Origin: Anthoceros angustus
Taxonomy: Eukaryota > Plantae > Anthocerotophyta
DNA: 64,000 nt
Assembly (NCBI GenBank): GCA_010909165.1
Contig: MU008200.1
Location: 186,001 to 250,000, forward strand
Direction: 5' to 3'
This document shows, one piece after another, positions 26,204-40,493 of this stretch. Position 1 is the stretch's first letter. The number at the start of each line of letters is the position of its first letter. The notes beneath the pieces are model-generated. The model was not told the DNA's origin, made no database searches, and saw only the letters and a program-made list of their open reading frames with translations. The position numbers were made by a program, and so were the translations under genes.

Positions 26204-29200
26204 ATTTTGTTTGAAAACGCTAAAGTCTTACGGCTTTTCTCTCATAATATTAACACCAAGTGTAAGTCTTTCTCCAAGATCACCATTTCAAATGACTTTA
26301 ACCAAGCTTTAATCTAGGAGAGGATGAAGAGGAAGCTACAATACGTCACGAGAGTAAGAGGTAAATTATCTCTTTCCGTAGATTAAGATATACATGCAAG
26401 AATCGCTTTGCTTTGTCTAAAACCTCGCTTTAATAAGCTTTAATATGTATTACTGTTCCATTCAGCGAAGAAAATGAAGGCCAACCAGCAGATTGAGGTG
26501 GTGAGGAAGTGGCGGTCCGAGGAAGACAATTTTCATTTAGATGCGATGACAACCAACCCCGAGGGAATTAGGGCTGACCTCAAAAGCGGACCTCTCCTCA
26601 GGATGGGAAGAGATTTTCAAGGGAACTCCACCGCAAGTGGGACGCAGCGTGGTTAGAGGCGCGCACCTTATCGGGAAAGAAGGCGCTGGCTGTGGGATGG
26701 CGCTCGCGCCGCCTCAATAGGTGGATTTGCAGGAACTGACCACGTCAATGATCCGGGCCCAAGCGGATTTGTTGGACCAAGCTGCATTGGCTCTCACATG
26801 GCTCAGTGTGCAAGGGCGGGAGGAAGTGGTGAAGGCCCGATTTGAAGAGGAGGAGGCCAAGCGCAAACAGTTGGAGGAAGACAAGCGGGGCCTAGAGGAA
26901 ATAAGGGCCAAGGTTCAGGAGGATTTGCGCAGGGCCCATGAGAAGTTGCAGGCCATGACGAGTCAGCAGGAAGCGCTCATGGCCCAGATCAAGGATGCCC
27001 ACGAGGCAAACCAAGAGATGCAGGGGGAATTGTTGCGAGCCCAAGAGCAAGAGGCAGCCTCTGTGGAGAAGGCCCATGCTTGGCGACGGACAAGTGATGG
27101 GAGAGGCACGCAGAGCGAGAAGGGAAAAGGAAAGTAAGCAGGCTGGCAATCGGGTAGTGGAAGGAATCATCAAGGAAGGAAGGAGCAACCGAGGTAGCCA
27201 AACACCTACCGAGTTGAATGTAAGACGTGGAGTCCACTATGGAATGGAATCACCACCGACATTGGCGCGCCAACCGGCGGGCCATGAGCGGCGCCACGTG
27301 ATGCCGTGGCACCGCGAGGACATGGATCGACCAGGTAGCCTATGGAGGAGGGGGCACCTCACCATGCTAGGGGTCCCTATGTTGCGGCACATGGATGAGG
27401 AAACTTATGTTCCTGGTCTATATGTGAATGGGGAACGCGTGCTTAACTTCACTGTACATGTGCATGTGGAAATAGAAGGGATCAGGGCCTACCTACTGCA
27501 AGTGAGGACCCGAAGTGGATACTTCTTCCACTGCGCGCGAGTGTGGGGATTGGCCCCCTATTATGCGGAGGCGATTTTGGAGGAGTTAAGTGAGGAAGAA
27601 GTCCAGGCTTGGGTGGACGAAGAGCCGATAATAATCCTCAGCAATAGGCGGCAAGCGGGAGAGGAGGAAGCTCAAGGGCAGGATATGCCCCCAATTAGGA
27701 CATCCAGCAGTGATAGTGAGGTGGAAGTCTTGTGGGAAGACTTGTCGATCATGGGCGGTGAGGGCTCATGGCGCGCAATGAGGACGAGGCCAGCGCCAAG
27801 TCAAGGCGCGCAGAGAAGCGTAGGCACATAGGTGATAGCATCCTAGGAATGGAATTTAGTTAGGATCTGCACCGACCCAGATCGCTCGAATTGTAGGCGG
27901 CCCCTTCACGAGCAGCATTTTAGGACTGAAAATCAGGGGCCATGACGCCCACCTGATGTATAAGGGGCGACTATGCCCCTCAGCAGATAATTTCGGTTGA
28001 GATCCCCACGCCTGTGGCTGGTTGGAGACGCCCAATTAACGGAGAGGGTGTGCGTAGACGCCCTAGGGATGGTCGAGAGCTTGCTCCGCAATTGGAGGAA
28101 GGAAGGCGATAGCGTGGCCGACAAAGGAGGAGGAAACCGAGGATTGGCGCGGAGCTCTGAGCTTGTAACGCCTACCTGTGACCGGGATCTTCTTTCCTTT
28201 GCTTCTTTTCCCTGTAAGTTGTGTTCCGAAATTGAGAGAGAGAGTGTGTGTGTGTGGGTGGGAGCCTGAGGGGCGAATCGAGAGAGAGAGAGAGAGAGAG
28301 AGAAGATTTTGTTTGAAAACGCTAAAGTCTTACTGGCTTTATCTCATAATATTAACACTATGTAAGTCACCTCCAAGATCACCATTTCAAATGACTTCTT
28401 AACCAAGCTTTAATTGCTAGAGAGAGGATGAAGAGGAAGCTACAATACGCCGACGAGAGTAAGAGGTAAATTATCTCTTTTCGAGATTAAGATATACATG
28501 CAAGAATCGCTTTTGCTTTGTCTAAAACCTCGCTTAATAAGCTTAATATGTATTACTTGTTCCATTCCTTACCGGATTGCTTCAATCAGATACATTTAAT
28601 AAGCTTACACACCAAATCTTCTTTGCCTTTAACCTCATAACCCTCAAAGTTGTTTCATGTATATTTCTTCTTGTAGATGCTCATGTAAATATGTTGTCTT
28701 TACATCCATCATATGGAGTTCAAGATCATATCAGATAAGGCAAATATCATTCAAGGCTAGCAAATTTCTGGGGCATAAGTGGCCCAAGGTACGTAGTCTA
28801 GGCTGTGAATTTGTGTAAAGCCTCCGCTACTAGACGTGCCTTATATCTTTCAATGGAACCATCTCCTTTTCTCTTGATTTTAAATACCCATTTGCTTGTC
28901 ACTATCTTCCTCCCTTAGGGGTTTGACCCGCCCATGTAGAATTCTTGATCAAGGAGTCATATTCAGAATCACGCCTTCCATAAGTCCTTTTAGGGATGAG
29001 AAGGCTTGTTTGAGAGTAGTGGGTTCTTCCGGGTCAATAGTTGCGATATACTAAGTAGCTAGGTATCCCAAAGGAGGCTCCTTCCAACCCGCAGACTGTG
29101 GATGGTTGGTCCAGTTCGAGATTGTACCTTTGTGCGGTTGCCTTCACGCCTCTCAAGAAGGGTTGATTCCCGAGGAGGGTCCTCAACTAAATACTGTGGT

Positions 29201-32200
29201 CACGCTGTTCGTCCGGATCATCGGAATATCCTCAAAATGTTGAGGTTCCTCAGATCTAATGAAGGTGAGTCGACAAGAAGGGGCTAACTCTCCTCCTCCC
29301 GCATAATAGGTCCATCGGAAGGGACACGGAGAGGAGGGGAAGTCCATAATGTAGTCACTAGTATCAAAAGAAGAACATTCAGCAGTTGATAGTGAGGTGG
29401 AAGTCTTGGGAAGACTTATCGATCCGCAGGCAAGGTGAGGGCTCACAAGGCGGACGGAGAAAAGGGGTTAAGTCGGGAAGGCGCAGTAGACAGATAGCGG
29501 CCATGAAAAGTGATAGCATCCTAGGAATGGAATTTAGTTAGATGTCGATCGACCAAGATCGCTCCGTCAGTGCTGGGCCCCTTCACGATAGCCATTTTAG
29601 ACTTGAAAACTGGGGCCATGACGCCATCACCGATGTATAAGAGGGGCGACTATGCCCTCACAGCAGATAATTCCCGGTTGAGATCCCCACGCTGTGGCTG
29701 GTTGGAGACGCCCAATTAATCTGAGGGCGGTGTGCGAGACGCCCTAGGGATGGTCGAGAGCTTGCTGCAATTGGAGGAAGGAAGGCGATAGAGCCGCTCT
29801 TGGCCGGCAAAGGAGGAGGAAACCGAGGATTGGCGGGCGGGTGGAGCTTGCTCGCTCACTTGGGCCTCGGGATCTTCTTTCCTTTGCTTTTTCCACGTGT
29901 GTTCAAATTGAGAGAGAGAGTGTGTGTGTGGGAGCCCGGGGCTTAATCGAGAGAGAGAGAGAGAGAGAGAGAGATTTTGTTTGAAAACGCTTAAAGTCTT
30001 ACGCTTCTCTCATAATATTAACACGCGTAAGTCGGGCCTCCAAGACTATTTGAAATGACTTCTTAACCAAGCTTTAATTTTTAGGAGAGGATGAAGAGGA
30101 AGTTACAAATAAATCGTGACGAGAGTAAGAGGTAAATTATCTCTTCTGGAGATTAAGATATACATGCAAGAATCACTTGCTTTGTCTAAAACCTCGTTTA
30201 ATAAGCTTAATATGTATTACGGTGTTCCATTCCTTACCGGATTGCTTCAATCTGTAGATACATTTAATAAGCTTACACACCAAATCTTCTTTGCCTTTTA
30301 CCTCATAACCCTCTAGTTGTCTCATATATATTTCCTCTTGCAGACGCCCATGTAAATATGTTGTCTTAACATCCATCATGAGGAGTTCAAGGTCATATTG
30401 GGCGGATAAGGCAAATATCATTCGGAGGCTAGCAAATTTGGCTACAGGGGCATAAGTGGCCCAAGGTACGTAGTCTAGGCCAGGAATTTGTGTAAAATCT
30501 CTGGCTATTAAACGTGCCTTATATCTTTCAATGGAACCATCTCCTTTTCTCTTGATTTTAAATACCCATTTGTTTGTCACTATCTTCCTCCCTTAGGGGT
30601 TTGACGTCCATGTAGAATTCTTGATCAAGGAGTCATATTCAGATCACCGCCTTCCATAAGTCCTTTTAGGGATGAGAAGGCTTATTTGAGAGTAGTTCTT
30701 CCGGGTCAATAGTTGCTCGATATACTAAGTAGCTAGGTATCCCAAAGGAGGCTCTTCCAACCCGCAGGGACTGGATGGATGGTCCGCTCGAGATTGTACC
30801 TTTGTGCAGGTTGCTTGTCTTCCACGTCTTCAAGAAATGTTGATTCCTGAGGAGGGTCCTCGACTAAATACTCAGGGTCACGCTTAGGTGCGGCCGGATC
30901 ATCAGGAATATCATCAAAATGTTGAGGTTCCTCGGTATCTAAGGACGGTGAGTCGAGACATAAGATGGGAGCTAACTCTTCCTCCTCCTGCATAATAGGT
31001 CCATCGGAAGGGACACGGAGAGCTGGAACAGGGAAGTCCATAATGTAGTCACTAGTATCAAAAGAAGAACATTCAAGCTCCGCATCAGTAGATGAAGGAT
31101 GGTGAGGCATTATAGCTCCCACTGAAGGAGAAAATAAACATGAAAAGTGACGCTGCGAGCATAAAGAAGCTTTTGGGTGGAAGGATCAAATAATTTATAG
31201 CCGTTGATTCCTTCCGTATAACCAATAAAAGTATATCTGGCCGCTTTCGGATCTAACTTCTTACGAAATGCTTTAGGAATAAAGACATAGGCCAGAGATC
31301 CAAAAATGCGGAGACGATCAATAGAAGGCTTCTTGCGAAAGGCTTCGTAAGGTATCATACCGGGACCGCAGTGGGCGCGATTCATGAGATATGGATGTGA
31401 GGAGTGCCTCACAATATACTTTGAGTAAATTTGCTTGGGTTAACAAGCCAATGATCTCTTGAAGGCGCAGATTTTTATTTTCCACGCCATTTTGTTGAGG
31501 AGTGTATACAACAAAGGAGTTGTTGAGCTATACCTTGAGCTCGGCAAAAGTCCTCAAATTGTTTAAGTAAACTCGCCACCATTGTGAACGTAGGTCTTGA
31601 GTTTCTTCTCTCGTAATCTCTCACCCTGTGCCATATAGTCCTTGAAGAAATGATAAGTATCACCCTTGTGATTAAGGATATAGGTGAGTGTAAAACGGGA
31701 GTAGTATGAAGGTCAAAAAATATGCTACCAAGGAAGGTGTAGAGATAGGGCCACAAATGTTTGTAACAAGCTCTAGAGGAGATGTCGCCTGTGGAGAGAT
31801 GTTCTAGAAAGGGGCTTGATGTCTTTTGGTAATGACACAAGTCTCACACCATTGAAGGTGTTGAATTTGAGAAAGACAAGATTTTGTTTGAAAACGCTAA
31901 AGTCTTACGCTTCTCTCATAATATTAACACCAAGTGCGTAAGTCACTTCCAAGATCATCATTTCAAAATGACTTCTTAACCAAGCTTTAATCTCGGCTAG
32001 AGAGGATGAAGAGGAAGTTACAACACGTCCGACGAGAGTAAGAGGTAAATTATCTCTTTCCGAGATTAAGATATACATGCAAGAATCGCCTTGCTTTGTC
32101 TAAAACCTCGCTTTAATAAGCTTAATATGTATTACGGTGTTCCATTCCTTACCGGATTGCTTCAATCCGTAGATACATTTAATAAGCTTACACACCAAAT

Positions 32201-33772
32201 CTTCTTTGCCTTTAACCTCATAACCCTCGTTGTTTCATGTATATTTCTTCTTGTAGATGCATGTAAATATGTTGTCTTTACATCCATCATATGGAGTTCA
32301 AGATCATATTGCGGATAAGGCAAATATCATTCAAGGCTAGCAAATTTGGCTACGGGGCATAAGTGGCCCAAGGTACGTAGTCTAGGCTGTGAATTTGTGT
32401 AAAGCCTCGGCTACTAGACGTGCCTTATATCTTTCAATGGAACCATCTCCTTTTCTCTTGATTTTAAATACCCATTTGCTTGTCACTATCTTCCTCCCTT
32501 AGGGGTTTGACTTCCATGTAGAATTCTTGATCAAGGAGTCATATTCAGAATCACCGCCTTCCATAAGTCCTTTTGGGATGAGAAGGCTTGTTTGAGAGTA
32601 GTGGGTTTCCGGGTCAATAGTTCGATATCAAGTAGCTAGGTATCCCAAAGGAGGCTCCTTCCAACCCGCAGGACTGGGATGGTTGGTCCGTCGAGATTGT
32701 ACCTTTGTGCGTTGTCTTCACGCCTTCAAGAAGGGTTGATTCCCGAGGAGGGTCCTCAACTAAATACCTGTGGTCACGCTGTTCGTCCGGATCATCGTGA
32801 ATATCCTCAAAATGTTGAGGTTCCTCGGTATCTAATGAAGTGAGTAAGAAGAAGGGCTAACTCCTCCTCCTGCATAATAGGTCCATCGGAAGGGACACGG
32901 AGAGCAGGAACAGGGAAGTCCATAATGTAGTCACTAGTATCAAAAGAAGAACATTCAGCTCCGCATCAAGATGAAGGATGGGAGGCATTAGATCTCCCAT
33001 CAAGGAGAAAATAGGGAATGTTCATGAAAAGTGACGTCATGAGCATAAAGAAGCTTTTGGTGGAAGGATCAAATAATTTATAGCCCTTGATTCCTTCCGT
33101 ATAACCAATAAAAGTATATCCGCCGCTTCGGATCTAACTTTACGCAATGCTTTAGGAATAAAGACATATGCGGAGATCCAAAATGCGAGATGATCAATAG
33201 AAGGCTTCTTGCCAAGAAGGCTTCGAAGGTGTCATACCTTGACCTGCGGGCGTCGATTCATGAGATATGTGGCTGTGAGGAGTGCCTCAGCCCAATATAC
33301 TTTGGGTAAATTTGCTTGGGTTAACAAGCAGCCAATGATCTCTTGAAGGCGCAGATTTTTATTTTCAGCTACGCCATTTTGTTGAGGAGTGTATACAAGG
33401 AGTTGTTGAGCTATACCTTGAGCTCAAAAGTCCTCAAACTGTTTAGAAGTAAACTCGCCACCATTGGAACGTAAGGTCTTGAGTTTCTTCTCAATCTCTC
33501 CACCAGCCATATAGTCCTTGAAGAAATGATAAGTATCACCCTTGTGATTAAGGATATAGGTGAGTGTAAAGCGGGAGTAGTCCGATGAAGGTCAAAAATA
33601 TCCTACCATCAAGGAAGGTGTAGAGATAGGGCCACAAATGTTTGTATGAACAAGCTCTAGAGGAGATGTCGCCTTCTGTGGAGAGATGTTCTAGAAAGGG
33701 GCTTGATGTCTTTTGGTAATGACACAAGTCTCACACCATTGAAGGTGTTGAATTTGAGAAAGACAAGTGATA
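26203..33772 (-). mobile_element. Copia-A integrase and RT region in four overlapping partial copies (about 26203-26460, 28303-29380, 29973-31878, 31878-33772) interleaved with gypsy segments
   Basis: LRIFGSLAYVFIPK..KLDPKA, NKWVFKIKRK..ERYKARLIAR, MDVKTTYLHG..EEIYM. Confidence 0.85.
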
Positions 33773-36700
33773 AGTTAGAAAAAATTGCTGGTTAAGGCTT
33801 CCATCAGACCAGACTCCAATGTGGATTAGTCAAACTAGACTCACCTAGTTGGTAGTTAGTTAACTAGCGTGCTAGTGAAAGGACACACCCTCGTAACCAT
33901 CCTTTATAAGCCCACCTATGAACTAAACATATTCATTGTTAATAAAGCATCTACTTGATGCAAGACGCTTCCGCATATGCATCTTTAACTTGGTATCAGA
34001 GCCATGTGATATTTCAATAGCTTTGTTGCTTATTTTCTTCCCTAATCAACTTAGGAAGATAAGCTAGCAACCTCATACCCAATTTTAGTTGATGAAAATG
34101 CATTTTGATATGCATTTCGGCGGACTATCATCTCGCATCATAGGCGATCCGCTAGTTTTACCATGTAGAAACTCATGTTGCCCATCATACCATTGCTAAG
34201 TGAAAATAATTAGCTTAGAACTTTCTAAGTAAAGTAATTATCATAGCTACTTTATTGATTATTTTCATTAGTTCAATTTCCATCAAACCAAACCAATTTT
34301 TCTAAATTGATTGGTTATGGAATCTAGCCACCCTTCTAGTTCTTGTGATTCTATAAGGCCTAGTCATTGGGCCTTTTATAGGTTAATTTTGCTTAAGAAT
34401 AGCATCATTTTTTCTTACATTCTTCTAAGCAATCTGCCTACTTTTGCTTTTGCTTTTAGCCTCTTAATCTTCAAGCACAAGAACTATGGGTCGAAAGCAT
34501 GGACGCAAACTTGATGAGGCTGAGGCCAGGAGGAAGTCTTTTGAGGCTCGGAAGAGGCATGAGCAAGCATATCGTGGACGAGCATCAAATCGAATTCCAA
34601 CACGGTTTTGGATTGGTTTCGCCCCGGATGCATGCTCAACCTCGGATCCTCTTGGATGTACTCACAATTTTGCAAGAAGAGCGAGGAACAGGCCTCTATC
34701 AACAAGATCTCCGATCTATCGCATCTTTCACATGGCCTCGAGATCACAAATTCTGATTCCAAAGCAAGGAGGCCGACCCATCATGGTCGATTCAGCGACC
34801 CGACTTGCTGGTGTGGAGATCTGCCAGCGATCATGAGATGGCGCCTCCTCCGCCTCCAATTCCGTGAATTTGAGCCAATCCCAAGGATTTGTCCACGAGG
34901 ACACCAAGATTTGGATTTCTCTTGCATGATCTAGGAGCGCGGCGAGAGCAATCGCGCGTGGCGGAGGGACGCCATCCTGTGGCGCCAGATCCCACCAGCG
35001 CGCCGAGATCCGCCGAGCGGCGCAGACCCGCCGCCGATCCCGGCGGCGGCGCGCGCCGCCTTCCTCCCACGCCGCAGAATGCGGGCGCCACGTTCACGGC
35101 GCCCGGCACCGTTTCGGCCCCAGGCCAACTTAAAATATTTTAAGTTGGCCCCGGGGTATGAAACGCCGGGGCCCAGGTATGAAACGGTGCCCCCTAAAAT
35201 AATTTAGGGGCACCCGTTGGGCGTAACGGTGTGCCGTTAGACTCAACGGGTGCACCTTTTCCTTCACCGGTTGTGCCTCCTCACTCGCCGGACGTACCCG
35301 TTCGCTCGACAAAGGATCCCCACGGCTCTCCCCAAGCTCAATTTCTCGGCCACGTTGCAGGTTCAAGCACTTTGCTTTATGAAGTAACACCTTGCAAGCT
35401 AACCTCGTGTGCTGAGCCTCTGCCACCAGTACCACAATTCGTTGCTTCTGGTGGTGATCCGAGCTTTCCTCCACGACGGAGACTACTTGCTATGCGCTGT
35501 GTGCCACCACCACAAGTCTTTGTACAAGCTGATGCTCTTCCAGGTTTGACATCTGAGATCAAGCAGGAGGAACTCACTGCTGAGAATGGAGACTACAAGG
35601 AGTACAAACTTGGTGAGGCACAAGAGTTACGACAGAGCAACACTAACAAAGATCAAGCTCTCGCATTCAATCACACAAATCAACACCAATTTGGTTTCTG
35701 TTGCTGAAACGGTTCGCCGAATCGAATCCACTTTTGATTCTGTGAATCACATTAACACTGAACTTGATTTTGGGCCCTCTGAGCCCGTGTTGTGAGTGTG
35801 GTGCAGTTATTGTGAGCAGTACATCTCTATTTACATTTACAAGCTTGGTTATTGACGCGAATTCTTGGTTTTGCGTCATAACACAAAGTCAGCTTTCTGT
35901 CAATAATCACAAGTTTTCTGAAGATGGCTACTCCTCCACCTACACCACCAACACCGGCACCTTCTCCTCCTGCTCCAATCATTAATGTTATGAATGTGAG
36001 TACGGATTTTAAGGAGAAAGACCGTTTTTGACACCAAGTTTGAAGTTTGGTCTAAGCGGATGAAGACGCTCTAAATACTGAGATCTTCTTGCCATCGTTG
36101 ATGGCTCTCCGAAACCACGGACCTTCACCCGCCTCGACTCATGGACAAGGCAAGATGAGGCTATGCACATGCTTAATTCTGGCCTAGACGAAGTCACTCT
36201 CCATCATACCGATGGTGCCCTCACCTCAGCAGAAGCTTGGAGGCAGATCACGGATATTTACCAATCCACCAACGTAATGACATTGGTCACGGTTCGCAAT
36301 GAATTTTATTCTTTAAGAATGCAGCCTTCTGATAGTGTTGCTACTCATGTGAGCAAGTTTCAGTATCTGCGTGCTCAACTTGCTGCTTTGGGGACTCCAT
36401 TAGAGTTCAAGTCGGTACTACTAGCCACCTCCCATTTCTTTCAATCTTTGTCTCTTCACGAATGGCAGACGTGAAGCTCATCAAGCGTGCTAATAAGACA
36501 CCTTCAATTTCTATCTCCGAGATAGCTGGTGCTCTTTTACAAGAAGAGGCTTCTAGGTTCAATGGCACCTCAAACATGGTGGTGATAGGGTGATGTTTGT
36601 CACCAAAGGTAGACAACAATTCAACAAGCGAGAACCCAAATGCCATTCCACCCTCCACGGGTACCACCTCCTCCGGGCCTTCTCCATCCAATTCTTCCTC

Positions 36701-39700
36701 AACTCCTCCTAAGGGGACATGTAATTGGTGCAAAGCCCAAGGACACCGGGAGGAATGCCGTAAGAAGAAGGTGAGCCCAAGCGGGACACCAAAACCGCTA
36801 ACACAAGTTGTTACTAAAGCAAGGCATAATTCCAAGACCGACATTGCTTTAAGTTTGTTTGGTTGCATCCGAGTATAAATCTTCTTGGCTGCTCGACTGC
36901 ATCGCTCACATATGCAGCCACAAACACATGTTTACGACATATTCATATTTGATGTTCTTCATCGCTTTGTTCTCCTATATGACTGCCTCTCAATAGCGGC
37001 ATTGGCTCTGACTTTCGAATTGAAGATGGTTCTTCCTTCTACTCATGTGTCGCATGTCCCTCGGATGGCCAAGAATTTAATTTCCGTCATACTTGGTTAA
37101 GGATGGCATCTCAGCTGGACTTTGGCCGTGGTGATTGTCTACTCACTCGGTCTATTCATCCGGCCGTGTTATTGCTCGAGGCCATCCTCGCCATGATTTA
37201 TATGTCTTCAACGCAAGCCCATGTTGGCGCTGGCGGCTCCACCGCGGCCGCTGGCCGCCATCGACGAGGAGCCCGGTGATGCTTTTCTCGCACTCTAGGC
37301 TTGGCCACATTAATCATTCCAAGCTCTTAGAGATGTCTAAGGTGATTTGTTTAGGATAGGCTGCCTACTTTTACAAAGACGCCAATTGTGTGAATCTTGT
37401 ATTTATGCTAAGCAACGCAGCCTCCGTATCCCGATCTTCCGCACGTCTACTCATTGGAGCTTGTCCACATTGATCTTTGTGGGCCACTCCTGTCCCTTCA
37501 CTTGGCGGGGCTAATCACTTTATGACTGTTGTGGATGACTTCAGTCGTTATACTTTTGCTTACCCGCTTCGTTTGAAGAGTGACTCCTTTGGTGTATTTT
37601 CTCCCTTTGTTACTATGGCCGAGCTGCAAACTCGTTGTAAGCTGCGGTGCATTAGATCTGACAATGCTGGGCAACTTAACAATCACCAATGCAAGGACTT
37701 TTGTCAAGAGAGGGGATCCTTCAACTTGCGGTTCCCTATACCTCCCAAAGAAATGGAGTTGCGGAAAAGCCAATGGTGATCTTTTGGCCATGCGCGAGCT
37801 ATGCTCGCTCAATCCCAATTGCCTAAGTCCTTCGGGTCAACACCGCTTATATCGTAAATGGTGCTTTCCAAGTCCGTTACCACCGGACTCCTTATGAGGC
37901 CGGCATGGGAGTAAACCCTTATCTCTCATCGTATCTTTGGATGCCCCATGCCCATATCCTTCTCGCCCGAGACCCTCGTGCTCGTAAGTTGGTATTTGTG
38001 GGCTATGGCGAGGATCGCAAGGCATACAAGCTGGTGGACTTGAATACCCACATCCGACGTATGCACGCATCACCTTTGATGAGTCCGCTAGCACATCTTG
38101 ACCCGCTTCGGCTCTGGTCCCGCCCCTGTCGCTTCTACCTCCGGCTCGTAGCCCTCGATGGCTCGGTGACATTCACTTTGAGTTACATACTCAACCCTTC
38201 ACTTTTCCCGACCTGTGTGTTCGCTTCGGTTCTGTTCCTACTCCGCCTTTGGCTTCTTCACCTTCAGCCGGTCCTATTCCCATAGTTCCCGCCGAGAGGG
38301 GAAGATGAACAAGCCATAGGGTTGCCCATGGATGAACCATTGGAAATGAGGATGACTCCTTTGGTGTTCTTGAGACTCAAGCATCGAGACACCCAGATCT
38401 CCACATTCCCCACCAAGCCTCGACTGCTCCCGAGCGTAGGTATCCCTTGCGCCGAGACAACCACACCTATGGAATGAAATACCCTTTGACTTGAGAGTTC
38501 AATCCTATACTACCACTCAAGGTCACTTTGATGCTTTTAGTGCCGCTCTTCGAGGGAGATCCTCTCACTCAAGAGGCACTCACGACTGATGCAAAGTGGA
38601 AGTTTGCCGCTGATGATGAATATAATTCACTTATTAAAAACAACACATGGACTGTCAATCGCCAAGGGCTGACAATTAAATGCAAGTGGGTTCTCAAAAC
38701 TAAGTTCCGGAGGTTGAGCCTCGTATCCGCCACAAGGCGAGATTGGTGGCTAAGGGGTATAGTAAAGAGGGAGTGGATTACCAAGGCGATAAAGTTTACT
38801 CACCCGTCAAAGCCGCTAAGAATGCTTCTAGCTTTATGTGCCGAGGTTAACTTGGAAATTTATCAGTACGGCCTTTCTTTATGGTCACCTTAAAGAGGAG
38901 GTCTACATGGATCAACCAGAGGATTATGAAGATAAGAAATTCCTCACAAAGTGTGTAAACTACTCCACTCAATATATGGACTTAAGCAAAGCCCACGCTT
39001 ATGGTACGAGAGAATGGATTCTTATCTCAAGAAGTTGGGGTTCATTCCAAAGTGAAGCATACTAACATCTATGTACTTCGTCAGATAGCTCACTTGTACT
39101 TGTTGCCTATATGTCGATGACTTAGTTATTCCAGCAATAATGTTGAATTGGTCAACAAGATAAAAGCGATTTGAGCAAAGAATTCGAGATGAAGGATCTC
39201 GCAAAGTTAAATATATTCTTGGAATGCATGTACATAGAGATAGCATCGAGCTATTTATCTTCATCAAGGACGATATGTAGCCGGTATGCTAAAACGCTTC
39301 AACTTGGAGAACGACGAGCGGCACACCAGCCGCAGGTGTTAAGTTTCATCCGCTTCCGCCGTAAGAGGACAAGAAGGAGATGGAGATCGTGTTCACCGCA
39401 TGGGAGTTGGCACTCTCATGTTCTTGAGTAATCGACAAGACCGACATCTCAAACACCGTGAATGTTGTTGCTCTCGAGAATTGTGGAGGGATCACCGGTT
39501 GCTCTCAAACGCATCATGCGGTACCTCAAGGGTACTCAAAATTATGGCCTATGCTACAAACCTAGCGGAAAGAAGCGCCCCCGCTATGTTATGTGGATGC
39601 ATTGGGCTTTGACAAGAAAAGTATCTCAAAGATATTGCTTTCTTGCCGCTCCATCGTTAATTGGTCTTGTAGAAAACAAGCAGCCATATCACTTTCATCA

Positions 39701-40493
39701 ATGTAATCGAGTACAAGGTTTCACCAAGCCACCAAAGAGGTGAATGGGAAAGGAAGCTATGTGAGGATCTGGGTATGACGCAGAAGGGCCAACAATACTT
39801 AATCGTGATAATATGTCAAGAATTGCTTTAGTTGCTAACCCGTGTTCCATGCACGCATTTAACACATAGAGATTCAACATCACTATATTCGTGATGTGCA
39901 GAAAGGGAATAGTAAAGGTACAGATGTACCAACAACAACAAGAGACCACCAAATCCTTGCCCAAGTTTAAACACCGCCCACAGAGAAGGGCTTGGATTAG
40001 TAGATAGTAGCTTTATGACGCTAGACAAGTCACTCATATGGTGAGGCTTATCATCTTTTGTTCCATCACTTGAAGTTGACAGCTTGTTGCATGCCTGCTT
40101 CGCCCGCCACAACCGTGTACTACTCCGTGAGTCACTGGATAGCCACCGCCAGGGAGTACGACGCGAGTTGAGACAAAGTAGTGGAAGACTCAGCACATTG
40201 CAAGACTCGACAACGAGTGGTCTCCTTTGTTTTACTTGGAGATCTCGGATAACTCAACGTGTCCGAGAGGGAGAGTTAGAAATAGTGCATCTGCTGGTTA
40301 AGGTCGACTAGACTGCACCCAATGTGGATTAGTCAAACTAGACTCGACTAGTTGGTAGTTAGTTAACTAGCGTGCTAGTGAAAGGACACACCCTCGTAAC
40401 CATCCTTTATAAGCCCACCTATGAACTAAACACATTCATTGTTAATAAAGCATCTACTTGATGCAAGACGCTTCCGCATATGCATCTCTAACT
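33773..40493 (+). mobile_element. Full-length degenerate Ty1/copia element (Copia-B) with AGTTAG...TAACT LTRs, nested in Copia-A
   Basis: LTRs 33773-33990 and 40274-40493; PBS TGGTATCAGAGCC 33991-34003; gag ATG 35924 with CNWCKAQGH zinc knuckle; integrase (LVHIDL.G, CIRSDNAG); RT; RNase H; PPT GAGAGGGAG 40265-40273; flanks gtgata/gtata. Confidence 0.93.
33991..34003 (+). promoter_or_regulatory. PBS complementary to tRNA-iMet
   Basis: TGGTATCAGAGCC immediately after the 5' LTR. Confidence 0.95.
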
